Part shown: piece by piece, positions 21,503-30,967 of the stretch | Layout: every line of letters starts with the position of its first letter | Numbering within the stretch: the first letter of the stretch is position 1 | NCBI GenBank assembly: GCA_964570325.1 | Contig: CAZMXS010000011.1 | Location: forward strand, 23,287-87,286 | Source: an uncultured Verrucomicrobiota bacterium | GTDB lineage: Bacteria > Verrucomicrobiota > Kiritimatiellia > CAIQIC01 > CAZMXS01 | DNA length: 64,000 nucleotides | Direction of reading: 5' to 3' | The notes under the pieces: generated by a model | The model's database searches: none | What the model saw: the letters and a program-made list of their open reading frames with translations, nothing else | Told to the model about the DNA's origin: nothing | Translations under genes and position numbers: made by a program

Positions 21503-23074
21503 TCACAGCCCTCCCACGATGGCGGCCATATAGCGCGCCTGCCCGAGCAGCGCGTCCACCGCCGGCAGGATCAGCCGCTCGACCGCCGCCTGCGGAAAGA
21601 GACCAAACAGAATGACGACGCCCGCCAGCACACCCATGCCCAGCAGCATCGGCCGGGGCGCCTCGCCGGCAGTGGCGAACGCGGGTTGGGGCGGGCCCAT
21701 GAAGACGGAATGGAATACCTTGACGAATGAGGCCAGCGTCAGGATGCTGACGACCATGGCGATCACCGCCAGGAAGGGGTTGAACCGGAAGACCGACTCG
21801 TAGAGCATCAACTTCGAGGCGAACCCGTTGAACGGCGGGATGCCGGCGATGGCCAGCGCGCCAATGATGAAGAAGATCATCGTCCACGTCATTTTGTGGC
21901 CCAGTCCGCCGAGCCGGTTCAAGTTGCGCGTGCCGCACCGGTAGAAGATCACGCCGGCCGTCAGGAACAGCAAGCCCTTGTACATCGCGTGGTTGATGAT
22001 GTGGAAAATGCCGCCGGCCATGGCCATCCGGCCGAACGCCTCCAGCCGCGCAGCGTCGCCCAACACCGCGAGGCCGACCCCCACGCCCAGCAGCATGTAG
22101 CCGGTCTGAGACACGGCGTGGTAGGCCATCAGGCGTTTGATGTCTTTTTGCGGAATGGCCATCGTGACACCGATGAACATCGAGAGCACGCCGAGGATAA
22201 TCACGAACCAGCCGACGGAGACCGCATTGAGCGCGTGGCCGTAGAGCGAGAACAACACCCGGAAAAGGCCGTAAAGGCTGGCCTGGCTGGACACGACCAG
22301 CAGTGCCGTCACCGATGAGGGCGCGGTGGTGTACGCATCCGGCGTCCAGAAGTGCATCGGCACCGCGCCGCATTTCATCGCTAAAGGCACGATCAGCAGG
22401 ACCAGCGCGATCTTGTCAAGATTGGTGGATTGGATCCGGCGCGCGAGTTCCGCGAGATTCAAGGCATTGTACTGCCCGTACAGGATGCCGACGGCCAGCA
22501 GCACAAACAATCCCGCCAGGGTGCTCAGCAGCGCATACTTGAAGCCGGCCTCGACGGCCACGCCTTTGTCCACGCGGTACGCCACCAACGCCGAACCGGC
22601 CAGCGAGGTGATCTCAAAGAAAACAAAGAAGTTAAACAGGTCGCCGGTGCAGACGAGCCCGTAAATGCCGGCAACCAGCAGGAACAACAACGCGTAAAAG
22701 CCTTCCAGCCCCGATTGCCGCGATTCGGCTGCCAGCGAGTAGATCGTGATCGCCCACGAAACGAGCGCGACAATGGTCGCCATCAGCGCGCCCAGCGCGT
22801 CCACCTCGAACAAAATCCGGACGGGGATGCCGCCGGCATCCGCGGGCAAAGCCAGCCGCGGCGCGGCGGCCCCGAAAACGTAGACGGCCGGTCCGCTGTG
22901 GAACACCCGCCACGCCAGGACCAGCGCGGTCAGCGAGGTCAGGGTCATGAACAGGCCGACCCAGAACGCGCGCAGCCGCGGGTTTCGGGCGGCGAGCAGC
23001 GGCGTCGCGAATGCCGCGAACAACGGCAGCGCAACTACCAGGGCCGGGGTGTGGGTTATGAAAAATCCGCTCAT
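21503..23074 (-). CDS. mbhH: NuoL/MrpD-like antiporter-type membrane subunit (MbhH)
   Basis: 523 aa. Complex I L/M/N-type and MrpD family. Confidence 0.85.
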   Translation of the reverse strand: MSGFFITHTPALVVALPLFAAFATPLLAARNPRLRAFWVGLFMTLTSLTALVLAWRVFHSGPAVYVFGAAAPRLALPADAGGIPVRILFEVDALGALMATIVALVSWAITIYSLAAESRQSGLEGFYALLFLLVAGIYGLVCTGDLFNFFVFFEITSLAGSALVAYRVDKGVAVEAGFKYALLSTLAGLFVLLAVGILYGQYNALNLAELARRIQSTNLDKIALVLLIVPLAMKCGAVPMHFWTPDAYTTAPSSVTALLVVSSQASLYGLFRVLFSLYGHALNAVSVGWFVIILGVLSMFIGVTMAIPQKDIKRLMAYHAVSQTGYMLLGVGVGLAVLGDAARLEAFGRMAMAGGIFHIINHAMYKGLLFLTAGVIFYRCGTRNLNRLGGLGHKMTWTMIFFIIGALAIAGIPPFNGFASKLMLYESVFRFNPFLAVIAMVVSILTLASFVKVFHSVFMGPPQPAFATAGEAPRPMLLGMGVLAGVVILFGLFPQAAVERLILPAVDALLGQARYMAAIVGGL

Positions 23075-23075
23075 C

Positions 23076-23432
23076 CTAACCTTTCAATCGCGTCATCTTC
23101 CGCACGTTGGTCGTTCCGTAGCAGCGGTAGATGACCATCACAAAAGAGAGCATCATTGCGCTGGTTGCGACGCCGATGACAATCGAGGTCAGCGTCAGCG
23201 CCTGCACCGTCGGCAGCACCATCGGGGCCCCCGGCGCGTTGGTGAAAATCGGCGCCTCGCCGCCGGCGCGATAGCCGAGCGTGACCAGGAACAGGTTGAC
23301 GGCCGACTCGACCAGGCTCAATCCCATCAGCACCTTGACAGCATTGCGTTTCAACAGCATGACCGCCACGCCGGCCAGGGCGATGAGCACGACGGCCAGC
23401 AGCGGCAGGTTGATGGTCAGATGGGTCAGCAT
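23076..23432 (-). CDS. mbhG: MrpC/NuoK-like subunit (MbhG)
   Basis: 118 aa with 3 TM. MnhC/NuoK family. Confidence 0.75.
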   Translation of the reverse strand: MLTHLTINLPLLAVVLIALAGVAVMLLKRNAVKVLMGLSLVESAVNLFLVTLGYRAGGEAPIFTNAPGAPMVLPTVQALTLTSIVIGVATSAMMLSFVMVIYRCYGTTNVRKMTRLKG

Positions 23433-23501
23433 GGGGTGTTCAAATTACAATTATCAAATGGCGATCGGTCCGTCCGCGCCGTTGGAATGGTGGCGTTCAC
23501 C

Positions 23502-23969
23502 TTACCGGTCGGACTCCTTGATTCCGGACAGCATATATAAAAGAATTACGGACAACCCGCCCAGCACCTCGACCCCAACGGCCAGATTCATGACCGGCAG
23601 GATGCCGGCGGTCCAGAGGTCGCCCGGGTTCGGCCCGTAAGCGACCGGGCGCCCAAAAAGCCCGCCGGTGCCGGCCAGCCAGTTCCGGAAGAAGGTGGCG
23701 CCCTTGAGCAGCCCGCCCGCGCCTGCGCCAATGAACAGCAGCAAGCCCAACGACTCGCACAGCTTCAGGATATCCTTCTTCAGCCGGGTGGTGATGTCGT
23801 CATAACGCCGCGCGGCAATCAGCAGCGCCGCGCCGGTGGCCATCACCGCGCCGCCCTGAAACCCGCCACCGGGTGTCAGATGGCCGTGGGCCACCACGTA
23901 GAAGCCGAAGGCCAGACAGAACGGATAAAAAATGTCGGCCGTCGTGCCGACGATCTTAGTCATTTTCAT
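23502..23969 (-). CDS. mbhF: MrpB/MnhB-like subunit (MbhF)
   Basis: [11 protein letters not shown] motif characteristic of the MnhB domain. Confidence 0.75.
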   Translation of the reverse strand: MKMTKIVGTTADIFYPFCLAFGFYVVAHGHLTPGGGFQGGAVMATGAALLIAARRYDDITTRLKKDILKLCESLGLLLFIGAGAGGLLKGATFFRNWLAGTGGLFGRPVAYGPNPGDLWTAGILPVMNLAVGVEVLGGLSVILLYMLSGIKESDR

Positions 23970-24240
23970 AGTCTTCGCCCGCGAACCGCTTGCGGAACAT
24001 CACGCCGACCCCGAGCACGGCGGTGAACAACACCGTCGCCTCGCCGAGCGTGTCGAACCCGCGGTAGTCAAACACCACCGCCGTCACGATATTATTGGCC
24101 CCGCATTGCTCCTGGCCGTGCCGGATGAAGTAATCGTCCATGTCGGCGGTCCGCGGCTGCCCGTAGGGGAAGCCGGTCGCCAGATAAAGCAGGGCGCCGG
24201 CCAGAACTGCAAGCATGGTCAGGGTGAGCGCGGTTTTCAT
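23956..24240 (-). CDS. mbhE: MbhE-like small membrane subunit (MnhB N-terminal-like)
   Basis: Trimmed to the ATG at 24240 ([12 protein letters not shown]...). [19 protein letters not shown] motif. Confidence 0.6.
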   Translation of the reverse strand: MKTALTLTMLAVLAGALLYLATGFPYGQPRTADMDDYFIRHGQEQCGANNIVTAVVFDYRGFDTLGEATVLFTAVLGVGVMFRKRFAGEDYEND

Positions 24241-24491
24241 TCGTCCGCCTCCTCGCGGCGGCGCGTGCCGCGGATCGCAATGATAAAGATCGCTGTTGTC
24301 AGGCCGGCGCCGATGCCCGCCTCGGCGATCGCCACGTCCGGCGCCTGCAGGATATAGAATTCCAGCGAAAGCAACAGGCTGAACGCCGCCAGGGCGACCG
24401 CCGCTCCGAGCAGATCCTTGAAGAAGAATACCGAGCCGGCGCTGGCCACCAGCCCGACCAGGACCAGGATATGCATCAGATCGGCCATCAC
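24237..24491 (-). CDS. mbhD: MbhD-like subunit (DUF4040, MrpA C-terminal-like)
   Basis: 84 aa with 3 TM. ATGA overlap. Confidence 0.6.
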   Translation of the reverse strand: MMADLMHILVLVGLVASAGSVFFFKDLLGAAVALAAFSLLLSLEFYILQAPDVAIAEAGIGAGLTTAIFIIAIRGTRRREEADE

Positions 24492-24847
24492 TTGCCCTCC
24501 GTCTCCGCCCGCCGGTCCACAACGGCCGGGCTTGGCCGCGCGCCGCTGCGGTGCGCGGCGCGCGCGATCGCGTGGGCGCCGGTTGCGTTCGTGATCGCCA
24601 GCACGATTACGGCGATTACGGTGTGGATTGCCAGCGCCAGGTACTGGCCATCGCCGGACTGGACGAAGCGATAAACTCCGAAAATGATGACGGAGAGCGA
24701 GGTGAAGATTGAGCCGAATGTCGTCGCCTTGGTGTCCGCGTGCAGGCGCGTATAGACATCCGGGAACCGCAGGATGCCGATGACGCCGAGCGTGTTGAAG
24801 GCGATGCCGATCAGCAGGCAGACGGCGATGACCAGGGTCAGCAGCAT
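24488..24847 (-). CDS. mbhC: MrpG/MnhG-like subunit (MbhC)
   Basis: ATG at 24847. [26 protein letters not shown] matches the MnhG signature. Confidence 0.7.
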   Translation of the reverse strand: MLLTLVIAVCLLIGIAFNTLGVIGILRFPDVYTRLHADTKATTFGSIFTSLSVIIFGVYRFVQSGDGQYLALAIHTVIAVIVLAITNATGAHAIARAAHRSGARPSPAVVDRRAETEGK

Positions 24848-24848
24848 G

Positions 24849-25106
24849 TCACATCTCCCCTCCGAGGTACTTGGCGATGTACAGCGTGCCGACGAACGAG
24901 AGCAGGGCGTAGACGATGGCCACGTCAATGAAGATGATCTGCCGGAACACCACGCCCAGTACGATCATCGCGGCGACGATCAACGTGTTGATGGCATCGA
25001 GCGCGACGACGCGATCAGCCGGCGTCGGCCCCTTGAACAGCCGGACCAGCGCCAGCAACATCAGCGCGGCGAGCATGCAGACCGTGATGATCCAGAGGGT
25101 TGTCAC
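24849..25106 (-). CDS. mbhB: MrpF/MnhF-like subunit (MbhB)
   Basis: 85 aa with 3 TM. MnhF family. Confidence 0.7.
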   Translation of the reverse strand: MTTLWIITVCMLAALMLLALVRLFKGPTPADRVVALDAINTLIVAAMIVLGVVFRQIIFIDVAIVYALLSFVGTLYIAKYLGGEM

Positions 25107-25633
25107 TCCGCGATCCTCCGGATCGTCGCCGGGCAGTTATGGAAACTGAACAGCGACTCGGCCGTGACGGCCGGCGCCTGTTCCACGCCGGGCGGAACAT
25201 TGATCATGTGGACAAACAGGTCATTGGTGGATTCGTCAATGTCCACGGTCAGCGTGCCGGGCGTCAGGGTGATCGAGTTGGCCAGCATCAGCGTGCCCAG
25301 ATCGGTGGTCATGCCGGACTTCACGCGGACGATGCCGGGCCGGATCTTCAGCGTGATCACCCGGAAGGCGACGTCCAGGTTGGCCTTGGCCATCTCGACA
25401 AAAAACGGACCGAGCGCATAACCGATTCCCAGGAGCAGGCGGAGTGGGTTGAAGATCCGTCCGGCGGGGCGGGCGCAGAAATAGCGGCGAGCGATCAACG
25501 CGGTGACGGCGCCGAAAAACAGGCCGGCGACAAGTTCCTCGCGCGACCACAGGCGCAGCACCGCGCCCGAACCGGCGGTCAGCAGCCAGTAGACAGCCGT
25601 CGAGAAAACAAATGTGACAACAAACGAAATCAT
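25103..25633 (-). CDS. mbhA: MrpE/MnhE-like subunit (MbhA)
   Basis: 176 aa. MnhE family. First gene of the operon. Confidence 0.7.
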   Translation of the reverse strand: MISFVVTFVFSTAVYWLLTAGSGAVLRLWSREELVAGLFFGAVTALIARRYFCARPAGRIFNPLRLLLGIGYALGPFFVEMAKANLDVAFRVITLKIRPGIVRVKSGMTTDLGTLMLANSITLTPGTLTVDIDESTNDLFVHMINVPPGVEQAPAVTAESLFSFHNCPATIRRIAE

Positions 25634-25846
25634 GAAACCCGCTGAACTATCGTTGCACGGCTAATCGTTCGCCGCCTATACGGCAAAACCGAACGGCAAG
25701 ATTACGGATGGGGGCCGGAGAATCAAGGACGAATTGCCGGTGGCGCAAAAAAAAGCGGAACGGATTGTGGCGGGAGCGGGCCGGGTGGTCGAAGCGCGTC
25801 GGGGCGCGCGGCCGTCCTTTACTTTGGGAGTGGCCACGGGGTAGAA

Positions 25847-26200
25847 GTGGAAATGAGCAGGATGTCCGGCGGGAGCGTACGTATGCACGGGCGCATAATC
25901 CGTCGTTGGGGAGTTTTTTGCCTTGCCCTGTTTATCCCAGCCGGCGCGACCGCGGCCAATATGCCGGTAATCGGCGCGTATTTTCTTGAGTGGGGCGTCT
26001 ACGACCGCAATTACCATGTCACCAATCTGCCGGCCGCCCGGCTCACCCGCATTTTTTACGCCTTTGCCCGGCCGGGTTATCATGCCTCGGAAAACCGCGG
26101 CGCGCTCGAACTGATGGATGCCTTTGCGGACATCGAAAAATGGCATTTCACGAATCTGCCCGGTTCCTGTGTGATTCACGGCTTGCGGATGATGCGGTGA
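25847..26200 (+). pseudogene. GH18 chitinase N-terminal fragment (truncated remnant)
   Basis: The 117-aa ORF contains the GH18 N-terminal barrel strands (VIGAYFLEWGVYDRNYHVTNLPAARLTRIFYAFA). It stops about 100 aa in, before the DxxDxDxE catalytic motif. The downstream gene is convergent and abuts the stop. Confidence 0.45.
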
Positions 26201-27187
26201 TCAAAACCGGATCGTCACGCTGGCGCCGGCGAGTGGGGTGGGGTCGGTCTTGGTCACTGAAATGTCGTTGCCGTCCGGGTCCATGACCTTGTATTCCTGC
26301 CAGGCAACGACGCCGGCGAAGACGCGCGCGTTGAAAGCGGGATGCGGCACATAGGCGCAACCGAACAGCAACGGCAACCGGCGGTCGGCGACCACCCCCG
26401 CGTTGATCGGCCCGGCGTCGTTCAGCCGGAATTCACGCCCCTCATAGCGGGCGGTGAAATCAAGGATCCATTGCTTGCGCGACCCCAGCTTGTAATCCGT
26501 GGTCATACCCTGCGCTGTGCGCAGGCCCCAGCGGTCGGTGATCTGCCACTCGATCCCAGGGATGGGGAACACGAGGGGGTTTTCTTCCAGGCGCTGGCGC
26601 GCGAAAAAGCCGATGTTCCAGGCAAAATTGGTGGTCAGTTGATTGCGCGCGCTGATAATGGCGCCGCAGGTGCGCGCATCGCCTTCATTGGCGCCCTGCT
26701 CGGCGGACCAAGTCAGGTCGGCGGCGAGCAGGGCCGACCAGGCCGGGCCGAGTGGGCGGCGGTAGTTGGCGGAGACACGCGACACGATCACGCGATCGAA
26801 GAGCTCCCGCAGTTCGCTGGCGGCCGGAATATCCTTGAAGTCGTAGCGGCTGAACTCCTGGTCCCAGGCGGCCGCGATGCTGTTGCTGCCGGGGAACATG
26901 ATCATCGAACCGGCGGAATAGCCGAAGCGCTCCGCGCCGGCCGCGCCGCCGCCGTTGACATGCGCGCGGTCCGATTGCTGGTAGGTGGCGGAGAGCGAAA
27001 AATACGGCCGGTAATTCTTCAGCTTGTAGGTAGCTGTCGGCGGCCGGCGGCTGGCGCTTTCGATCTCGCGCGCGGCGCCAAGGTCCACGTCGGACGCCGC
27101 CGGTCGGGGTTGGGCGTGGCCGAGAACCCCGCTCCAGAGGGCCGTCAGCAGCCCGACCGCAATGGCGGCTTTGGGAAAGAAGCGCAT
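26201..27187 (-). CDS. putative outer-membrane beta-barrel protein (hypothetical)
   Basis: ATG at 27187 gives the signal peptide MRFFPKAAIAVGLLTALWSGVLGHA. Alternating amphipathic strands. C-terminal ...VTIRF with a terminal Phe, typical of OMPs. Confidence 0.5.
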   Translation of the reverse strand: MRFFPKAAIAVGLLTALWSGVLGHAQPRPAASDVDLGAAREIESASRRPPTATYKLKNYRPYFSLSATYQQSDRAHVNGGGAAGAERFGYSAGSMIMFPGSNSIAAAWDQEFSRYDFKDIPAASELRELFDRVIVSRVSANYRRPLGPAWSALLAADLTWSAEQGANEGDARTCGAIISARNQLTTNFAWNIGFFARQRLEENPLVFPIPGIEWQITDRWGLRTAQGMTTDYKLGSRKQWILDFTARYEGREFRLNDAGPINAGVVADRRLPLLFGCAYVPHPAFNARVFAGVVAWQEYKVMDPDGNDISVTKTDPTPLAGASVTIRF

Positions 27188-27392
27188 AAAAGCCGCATTT
27201 GTAGCGGGTCGGACCCGGCAAGGGAAGTTTATCTTTTTTCCGTGGAGTGCTTCGGGTGGCAGCAAGGGTGTCCCATCCCGGTGGAGTAAGGACGAGGTTG
27301 CGGTTGTGGAACTCGGGTCGGATGCCTGCGCTGGTGGGACGCGGGAATGCCCGCATGGCTTTCGTTCATTCGCGGGGGGAGCGGGTGGGCGT

Positions 27393-27872
27393 CTATTGCC
27401 GGGGTTCGAAGTCCAGCGGTACGACCAGTACGGGGCAGCGGGCCTTGCGCACCACTTTTTCCGTGACGTTGCCGAAGAAGACTTTTCCGACGGAACTGTG
27501 GCCCTGGCGCCCGATGATCAGCAGGTCCGCCCGCTGTTCCACGGCAAAATCCAGGATTTCCTGATGATCAATCCCGGCGCGAATCTCAGACTGGAATCGT
27601 ACGCCCGCCGGCACCCGCGCGGCGTATGTGTTTCGGATTTTTTCCTCCATGTCCTGGCGGGCCTTGTCCTCAACATTCTCCACCTCCTCGACATAGGTGC
27701 GCCAGAACTGGGCGCCCGGCTCGGGTACCACGTGCAGCAGGTAGAGCGTGCAATCCGGCGCGTGTCGGGCTTGTTCCAAGGCGAAGTCGAAGGCAAAATC
27801 GGCGTTCTCGGAAAAATCAGTGCAGAACAGGATGCGCCGGAACGGGCCGTAGGGTGGGGGAATGGGACTCAT
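27393..27872 (-). CDS. universal stress protein (UspA family)
   Basis: Only the C-terminal 159 aa of ORF 27393..29159 is credible; it starts at the ATG at 27872. USP ATP-binding motif GRQGHSSVGKVFFGNVTEKVVRKARCPVLVV. Confidence 0.75.
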   Translation of the reverse strand: MSPIPPPYGPFRRILFCTDFSENADFAFDFALEQARHAPDCTLYLLHVVPEPGAQFWRTYVEEVENVEDKARQDMEEKIRNTYAARVPAGVRFQSEIRAGIDHQEILDFAVEQRADLLIIGRQGHSSVGKVFFGNVTEKVVRKARCPVLVVPLDFEPRQ

Positions 27873-27883
27873 CGGGGTTCCTC

Positions 27884-29188
27884 CTATCGGTAAGCCAGGG
27901 ACGGCAGCCACAATGAAATTATCGGGAATGCCACCAGGATGGCCGCGGCCGCAACCAGGCAGACCAGGAAAGGGATGGCGCCCTTGAACACCGTCTGCAG
28001 TGGGAGGTCGCGCTCGATGCCGCTGACGACATACACATTCACGCCGACCGGCGGCGAGATGACGCCCATCTGGGTGACGACCACAATGATCACGCCGAAC
28101 CAGATCGGATTGTAATGCAGGGCTTCGATCACGGGGAAGAAGATGGGCACGGTCAGCATGATCAGGCCCAGCGCATCCACGAAACAGCCGGCAACCAGAT
28201 AGAAGACGATGATCAGCGCGATGATGGCCCAGGGCGGTAACGTGAGTCCGGTCAGCCACGCCGCCAACTCGTAGGGGATGCGGGTCACCGCCAGGAACCG
28301 GCTGAAGATCACGGCTCCGGCCACGATGATCATCACCATGCAGGAGGTCCGCGCGGTTTCGAAAAGCGATTGAGTCAACGCCTTCCAGGTGAGGCGCCGC
28401 TGGATCAGCGCAATCGCCAGACTGCCCGCCGCGCCCACGGCGGCGGCCTCGGTTGGGGTAAACAGTCCGATGAACATGCCGCCGATGATCACCACGAACA
28501 GCACGATTGTCTCCACAACGCCGAGCAGGGAACGCCAGCGCATCGGCCAGGTGACTTGTTCCGCCGCAGGTCCCAGGCGCGGCCGCCACAGGCAGAGCAG
28601 GTAGATCGTCACACAAAACATCAGGGCGATCAGGATGCCGGGCAGGATGCCGGCGATGAACAGTTGGCCGATGGATTGCTGGGTCAGGATGCCGTAGACG
28701 ATGAATACCACGCTGGGCGGGATCAGCATGCCCAGGCTGCCGCCAGCGGCGACGGTCCCGCTGGCCAGTTCCATGTCGTAGCGGTAGCGCTTCATCTCCG
28801 GCAGGGCCACCGCCGCCATTGTCGCCGCCGTCGCGGGGCCGGATCCGCAGATCGCGCCGAAGCCCGCGCAGGCGCCCACCGTGGCCATGGCCAAACCGCC
28901 CCGGAACGGGCCCAGCCAACAATAGGCTGCCTGAAACAGGCGACGGCTGATGCCCGCATGAAAGGATACCTGTCCCATTAAAATGAACAGCGGGATGACG
29001 GTGAGGCTGTAGGACGAGAACGTGTCGAACAGATCCACGGTCATCATGCTCAACGCCGCCGGCGTGTTGACCACCAGTGCGAACCCGAGCACGCCCGCGA
29101 TGGCCATGACGAAGGCCACCGGCATGCTGCACATAAGCAGCAGCAACAGCAGGCCGCACCCCGCCAGGCCCAGTTGCACCGGCGTCAT
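27884..29188 (-). CDS. dctM: TRAP transporter large permease
   Basis: 434 aa from the ATG at 29188. DctM family 12-TM permease. ATGA overlap with dctQ. Confidence 0.9.
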   Translation of the reverse strand: MTPVQLGLAGCGLLLLLLMCSMPVAFVMAIAGVLGFALVVNTPAALSMMTVDLFDTFSSYSLTVIPLFILMGQVSFHAGISRRLFQAAYCWLGPFRGGLAMATVGACAGFGAICGSGPATAATMAAVALPEMKRYRYDMELASGTVAAGGSLGMLIPPSVVFIVYGILTQQSIGQLFIAGILPGILIALMFCVTIYLLCLWRPRLGPAAEQVTWPMRWRSLLGVVETIVLFVVIIGGMFIGLFTPTEAAAVGAAGSLAIALIQRRLTWKALTQSLFETARTSCMVMIIVAGAVIFSRFLAVTRIPYELAAWLTGLTLPPWAIIALIIVFYLVAGCFVDALGLIMLTVPIFFPVIEALHYNPIWFGVIIVVVTQMGVISPPVGVNVYVVSGIERDLPLQTVFKGAIPFLVCLVAAAAILVAFPIISLWLPSLAYR

Positions 29189-29694
29189 GGCGCCATGAAC
29201 ACCTTTCGCGGATGGATCAAATGCTGTACGACCACCAGAGCAGATACGGCGCAACCGAACGCCATGACGTACGCCGCCCAGAAAACCGGCACTTTCAACG
29301 TCGGCATGAGTTCCCCGCTGGCTCGGAGGTTGATCCCGTACCGCACGGCCTGGTAGGCCAGCAGGCTCAGCAGCGCAATCATCAGCGCGCGCATTACCGA
29401 ATCCACCACGATCCGCGCCGTGGGCGGCAGCTTGTTGAAAAAGAATTCCACCGCCACGTGGCCTTTGACTGCGGTGGTGTAGGGCAGCGCGCAGGAAAGG
29501 ATAATCAAGCTCAACAGGCGAACGATGTCATAACTGCCCTGGAGCGGCCGCCCGCCCGCCCGCAAGACCACGTCGGCGCAGGTAACCAGCATCATGGCCA
29601 GCGTGCCCGCGCCGGCCAGCAAGGCCATCCCCAGTACCAGCCGGCGCAGCCACCGCTGCCAGGGAGTGGCCCGGGATGAAGCAGTCGGGCTCAT
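29185..29694 (-). CDS. dctQ: TRAP transporter small permease
   Basis: 169 aa, 4 TM, DctQ family. Confidence 0.8.
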   Translation of the reverse strand: MSPTASSRATPWQRWLRRLVLGMALLAGAGTLAMMLVTCADVVLRAGGRPLQGSYDIVRLLSLIILSCALPYTTAVKGHVAVEFFFNKLPPTARIVVDSVMRALMIALLSLLAYQAVRYGINLRASGELMPTLKVPVFWAAYVMAFGCAVSALVVVQHLIHPRKVFMAP

Positions 29695-29712
29695 GCGGGG
29701 CGCGCCCGGCGC

Positions 29713-30801
29713 TTAACGGCCGGCGCCGGCGATCCGGGCCTGGAGATCTTTCAAAAAATCGCCGCCGGGCAGTCCTTTGTCCGCGGTTGCCTTGACGTAT
29801 TCATCCAGGATGGGCGTCACCGCCGCTTTCCAGCGAGCCAGCTCTTCTGGCGCCAGCGGGATGGTGTTGTGCCCGAGTTGTTTGACGAATTCCGCGCCTT
29901 CCTGGTCTGCCTGGTTCCAAGCCGCGCCGTGCTTGTCCACCCACTCATCGCTGACCCGAGTGATGGTCTGGCGGATATCTTCCGGCAGGCTGTTCCATTT
30001 ATCCTTGTTCATGATCACGAACATGGCTGTCGTGTAGCCGATGCCGGATGAATCGGTCACGGAATCAATCACTTCGCCTTGTTTCCAGCCCTTCAGGGTT
30101 TCGATCGGGCAGAACGTGGCATCCACAACGCCTTTCTGCAGGGCCTCGTACGTCTCCGGCTGGCTCATGGCCACCGGCGTACCGCCGAGTTTTTCCACGA
30201 TCTTGGCCGAAAGCCCGGTGGCGCGCACCTTCAGGCCGCGCATATCATCCAGCGAACGCACCGGCTTGCGGGACGCGAGGATACCGGGTCCATGCGCATG
30301 GATGTACAGCACGTGCACATTTTCCGTTTCGCGGGGCGCATACTTGCGCACCATGTCCGTGGCGATCCGGGAGGCCGCCAGCCCGTCCGGGTAACCAAGC
30401 GGCAGGTCCAGCCCCTCCAGCAACGGGAACCGGCCGGGCGTATAGGCGAAGCAGCTCATGCCCAAGTCGGAAACACCGTTGACCACGCCGTCATAACACT
30501 GCGGCGCCTTGGTCAGCGAGCCGCCGGGATAGGTTGTGATCCGTACACGGCCGCCGGTGCGTTTCTCCACTTCCCGGGCCCATTCCTCGGCGGTCTTGCA
30601 CTGGATGTGGGAAGGCGGGAAGAAAATGCTGTAGGAAAGCTCGATCGGTTTTGGCGCGGGCGCTGCGGCGGGCGCCGCCGCCGTCGGCGCCGCGGTGCTC
30701 GGCGCTGAAGCGGCCGGCTGGGACTTTCCGCAACCCACCGCCAGCAGAATGCCGATGGCCCAACCCATTACACCCCCAACATTCCATGTCATTTTTCTCA
30801 T
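29713..30801 (-). CDS. dctP: TRAP transporter substrate-binding protein
   Basis: Trimmed to the ATG at 30801 ([24 protein letters not shown], lipoprotein-like signal). DctP family type-II SBP. Confidence 0.85.
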   Translation of the reverse strand: MRKMTWNVGGVMGWAIGILLAVGCGKSQPAASAPSTAAPTAAAPAAAPAPKPIELSYSIFFPPSHIQCKTAEEWAREVEKRTGGRVRITTYPGGSLTKAPQCYDGVVNGVSDLGMSCFAYTPGRFPLLEGLDLPLGYPDGLAASRIATDMVRKYAPRETENVHVLYIHAHGPGILASRKPVRSLDDMRGLKVRATGLSAKIVEKLGGTPVAMSQPETYEALQKGVVDATFCPIETLKGWKQGEVIDSVTDSSGIGYTTAMFVIMNKDKWNSLPEDIRQTITRVSDEWVDKHGAAWNQADQEGAEFVKQLGHNTIPLAPEELARWKAAVTPILDEYVKATADKGLPGGDFLKDLQARIAGAGR

Positions 30802-30967
30802 GATGCTACCCCTTGTTGGCGACCTCGCTGATCTCAAACACAGCCTTAAATACAGAACCGTTACTATAGCGGGCGTTCGTCCCGGAGACAAGCCCAAGGC
30901 ATAAAAAGTCGCGCGCTTTTTTTGAGCGGCGCGGCCACGGGTAGGGCGCCAGACGCGGGCAAAAGAA

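Noticed and set aside
27873-29159. Upstream 430-aa extension of the UspA reading frame
   Set aside because: It is an out-of-frame overlap of the dctM coding sequence on the same strand. The USP domain begins at the internal ATG at 27872.
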